Assembly: GCA_964016885.1 (NCBI GenBank)
Contig: OZ024751.1
Coordinates: forward strand, 43,214,001-43,278,000
Reading direction: 5' to 3'
Length of the DNA: 64,000 bases
DNA from: Eledone cirrhosa
Lineage: Eukaryota
The number at the start of each line of letters is the position of its first letter. The first letter of the stretch is position 1. Of the stretch, positions 59,761 through 64,000 are shown piece after piece. The notes beneath the pieces are model-generated. The model was not told the origin of the DNA. It ran no database searches and was given only the letters and a program-made list of their open reading frames with translations. The translations under genes and the position numbers were made by a program.

Positions 59761-59940
59761 TGGTAGTATCGGTAGAGGGTCGGACGCCATGCTTTCTAGC
59801 ATAGTTACGTCCCTTTACGATCTGAGTTCAAATCCCGCCGAGGTTGACTTTGCCTTTCATCCTTACGGGGTCGATAAAATAAAGTACCAGTGAGGCACTG
59901 GGTAGTTGCTGGCCTTGTGCCTAAAGTAGAAACAATTATT
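59761..59940 (+). mobile_element. tRNA-derived SINE family 1, full-length copy
   Basis: A-box-like tggtagtatcgg, B-box gagttcaaatcc, conserved body and 3' end gtagaaacaattatt. Confidence 0.85.
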
Positions 59941-60213
59941 AGTAGTAGTAGTAGTAGTCATCGTTTTACTTTTCTCATGACTAATGTCATTAATTGACTA
60001 CCATGTATGTATGAATGTATGTGTATATGCATGTATGTGTATATATGCATGTATGTGTCTATATGCATGTATGTCTGTATATGTGTATATATGTATGTAC
60101 GTATGTATGTAAGTCTGTGTGTGTGTGTATATGCGTGTATAACATAACACACATATATATATATATATAGATATATATATATATACATATATATATATAC
60201 ATATATATATATA

Positions 60214-60665
60214 TACGATATTAACAAATGGAAACTATATTTATAAAACAATATTTATTTCATTATACATATTTCAAGGACACCAAGTTAAATTACGGTG
60301 TGCTTTCATCAGATAAAATATAATATAGAGCAATTTTATAAATAAATATTGACATACTCTTAAAGAATGCAGCCATTACTGTTGGAAGCTCCCACATACT
60401 ATCCGGGAGCTTCCAACAGTAATGGTTGCATTCTTTAAGGGTATGTCAATATTTATTTATAAAATTGCTCTATATTATATTTTATCTGATGAAAGCACAC
60501 CGTAATTTAACTTGGTGTCCTTGAAATATGTATAATGAAATAAATATGGTTTTATAAATATAGTTTCCATTTGTTAATATCGTATTTTTACTCCAATTAT
60601 TTGTTGAGTACTTTATATCAGTTATAAAAATATTTGCTTGTTGTATCCCAACATTTTTTCCGTTT
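60214..60665. mobile_element. Fold-back PLE-like fragment, family P6: 370-bp palindrome plus extension
   Basis: Arms 60214-60393 and 60405-60584 with an 11-nt loop; homologous to 54560-54740. Confidence 0.75.
60478..60542 (+). ncRNA. Type I hammerhead ribozyme (mirror copy on the - strand at ~60256-60320)
   Basis: uauuuuau-CUGAUGA-aagcacacc/gguguccuu-GAAA-uaugua-UA-augaaaua; predicted cut after 60534. Confidence 0.75.
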
Positions 60666-62080
<1,415 letters not shown>

Positions 62081-62501
62081 CACACAGAGACGTGCACCTA
62101 TAAATTTCATCAGTGACAAATTCCCGAAACTGAGTAATTTAAATTAAAAAATACCAGTTGCTATTCTCGTGCAATACAATATAGTTAATTGAAATTTTGA
62201 AGACATTCAAATTCCTGACTCCTATCACGTCTTCCCATCTTCTTAGTATTGTGTTGAGGATTTACTTTGGAGAAAATATTACTCTTTATATTCGCAACAC
62301 TTGTAGACATCACGGCGTCTCTATATAATGTATGGATGGATGTTATAAGTGTGTATGTGGGGGTTGTGGGTTGTGTATGTGTGTGTAGGTCTGTATGTGT
62401 GTGTGTATATTTGTGTGCATGGCTGTGAATGTGTGTCGTATGTATGTGTGTATATTTGTGTGCATGGCTGTGAATGTGTGTCGTATGTATGTGTGTCGTA
62501 T

Positions 62502-62555
<54 letters not shown>

Positions 62556-62638
62556 ATATATGTGCGTTTGTATATATATATATATGTGTGTGTGGGTTTG
62601 TATCTGCGTGCATGTCTATGAATGTGTGTGTCCGTATG

Positions 62639-62679
<41 letters not shown>

Positions 62680-62835
62680 GGGTGTATGTGTGTATGTATA
62701 TATATGTGTGTGTGTGTGTGTATGTGTGTGTGTGTGTATGCGTGTGGGTGTGTGGATCGGTTTATATGTGTGTGTGCAGGTTTGTATGTGTTTGTGTGTA
62801 TCCGTGTGCATGTGTTTGAATGTGTGTGTCCGTAT

Positions 62836-62871
<36 letters not shown>

Positions 62872-63214
62872 GGGGGTGTATGTGTGTATGTATATATATA
62901 TGTGTGTGTGTGTATATGTGTGGGTTTGTATGTGTGTGTAGGTTTGTATGTGTGTATGTATCTGCGTGCATGTGTGTGTGTGTGTGTATGTATTTGTATG
63001 TGTGTATATATGGATATAGGTGTATGTATGTGTATATACATGTACATGTATATGTGTGTGTGTGTGTGTGTGTTTTATACATAAATCTATTTGCCACCCC
63101 CCACCCACACCAGTCGCCATTGAAAACAGCAGACTTTCACTTTTTCCTCTGTTGATGTTGTTGATAGTGTTGGTGTGGGTGATTGTCGTGGTGATGGTGA
63201 CGGCGGTCTTGGTG

Positions 63215-63219
63215 GCAGC

Positions 63220-63270
<51 letters not shown>

Positions 63271-63480
63271 TGTGGTAGTAGTGGTGGTGGTGGTTGTGGT
63301 AGTAGTGGTGGTGGTGGTGGTGGTGGTGGTTGTGGTAGTAGTAGTGGCAATAGTAGTAGTAGTATTAATAGTAGTAGTAGTAGTAGCGGTAGTAGTAGTA
63401 GTAGCGGTAGTAGTAGTAGCGGCAGTAGTAGTAGCGGCAGTAGTAGTAGTAGTAGTAGTAGTAGCGGCAGTAGTTGTAGT
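63215..63480. repeat. (AGT/GGT)n microsatellite
   Basis: Direct reading of the sequence. Confidence 0.9.
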
Positions 63481-63694
63481 GAGACACTACCATCAACCAT
63501 CTCACCTCATCGCTCCAATTACTGGACAATTTTTTTCTTTTCTGACAGAACTAATAAAGCGCAGCATTCCACACATGTTTCTATTAACACATTACACTAT
63601 AGATTAGCACACACAACTCTCTCTATATATATTATTATATACACACTACTGTATATATTAATATATACACTGTATATATACATTATATATATAT

Positions 63695-63765
63695 ATTTAT
63701 TAAAATAACAGATTAAAGTTTAAGCAAAGAATCGCTGCTTTCACCCTTAACGGGATCTTCTGAAA
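63695..63765 (-). mobile_element. Family P2 fragment
   Basis: Matches 9850-9923 essentially base for base. Confidence 0.6.
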
Positions 63766-63878
63766 TATATATATGTGTGTGTGTATGTATGTATTGAACA
63801 AACAGATGGATACCAGTGAATATATATATGTACATATATATGTATTGGCATATATATATATATCGTTTCATATGATAT

Positions 63879-63937
<59 letters not shown>

Positions 63938-64000
63938 TATTGAAGTTTCCGTTGAAAATTGAAAAAGTCATAGGAGTGAAGAGTGCTCTATGTAAGTACC

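Overview
Eukaryotic, very AT-rich, repeat-dominated DNA: multi-kb (TA)n, (TACA)n and (GGT)n tracts plus a 200-N gap. The SINE motifs and microsatellite load resemble an octopus/cephalopod genome (inference). Almost all ORFs in the track are microsatellite artefacts. The one long real CDS is an intact 1169-aa R4/Dong-clade non-LTR retrotransposon ORF (RT + CCHC + restriction-like endonuclease, 39251-42760) sitting in a (TACA)n tract. It is bracketed by two copies of a ~610-bp non-coding element that occurs four times in the window, always in TATG/TACA-type repeats. Two retroelement insertions (an RTE fragment and one 610-bp copy) show twin-priming-type 5' inversions. Many short fold-back elements in (TA)n carry type I hammerhead ribozyme motifs, several with compensatory stem changes, consistent with Penelope-like/retrozyme-like non-autonomous elements. 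Also present: tRNA-derived SINEs, Tx1/L1 and CRE-like fragments, DNA-transposon MITEs and minisatellites. No host gene can be called with confidence.
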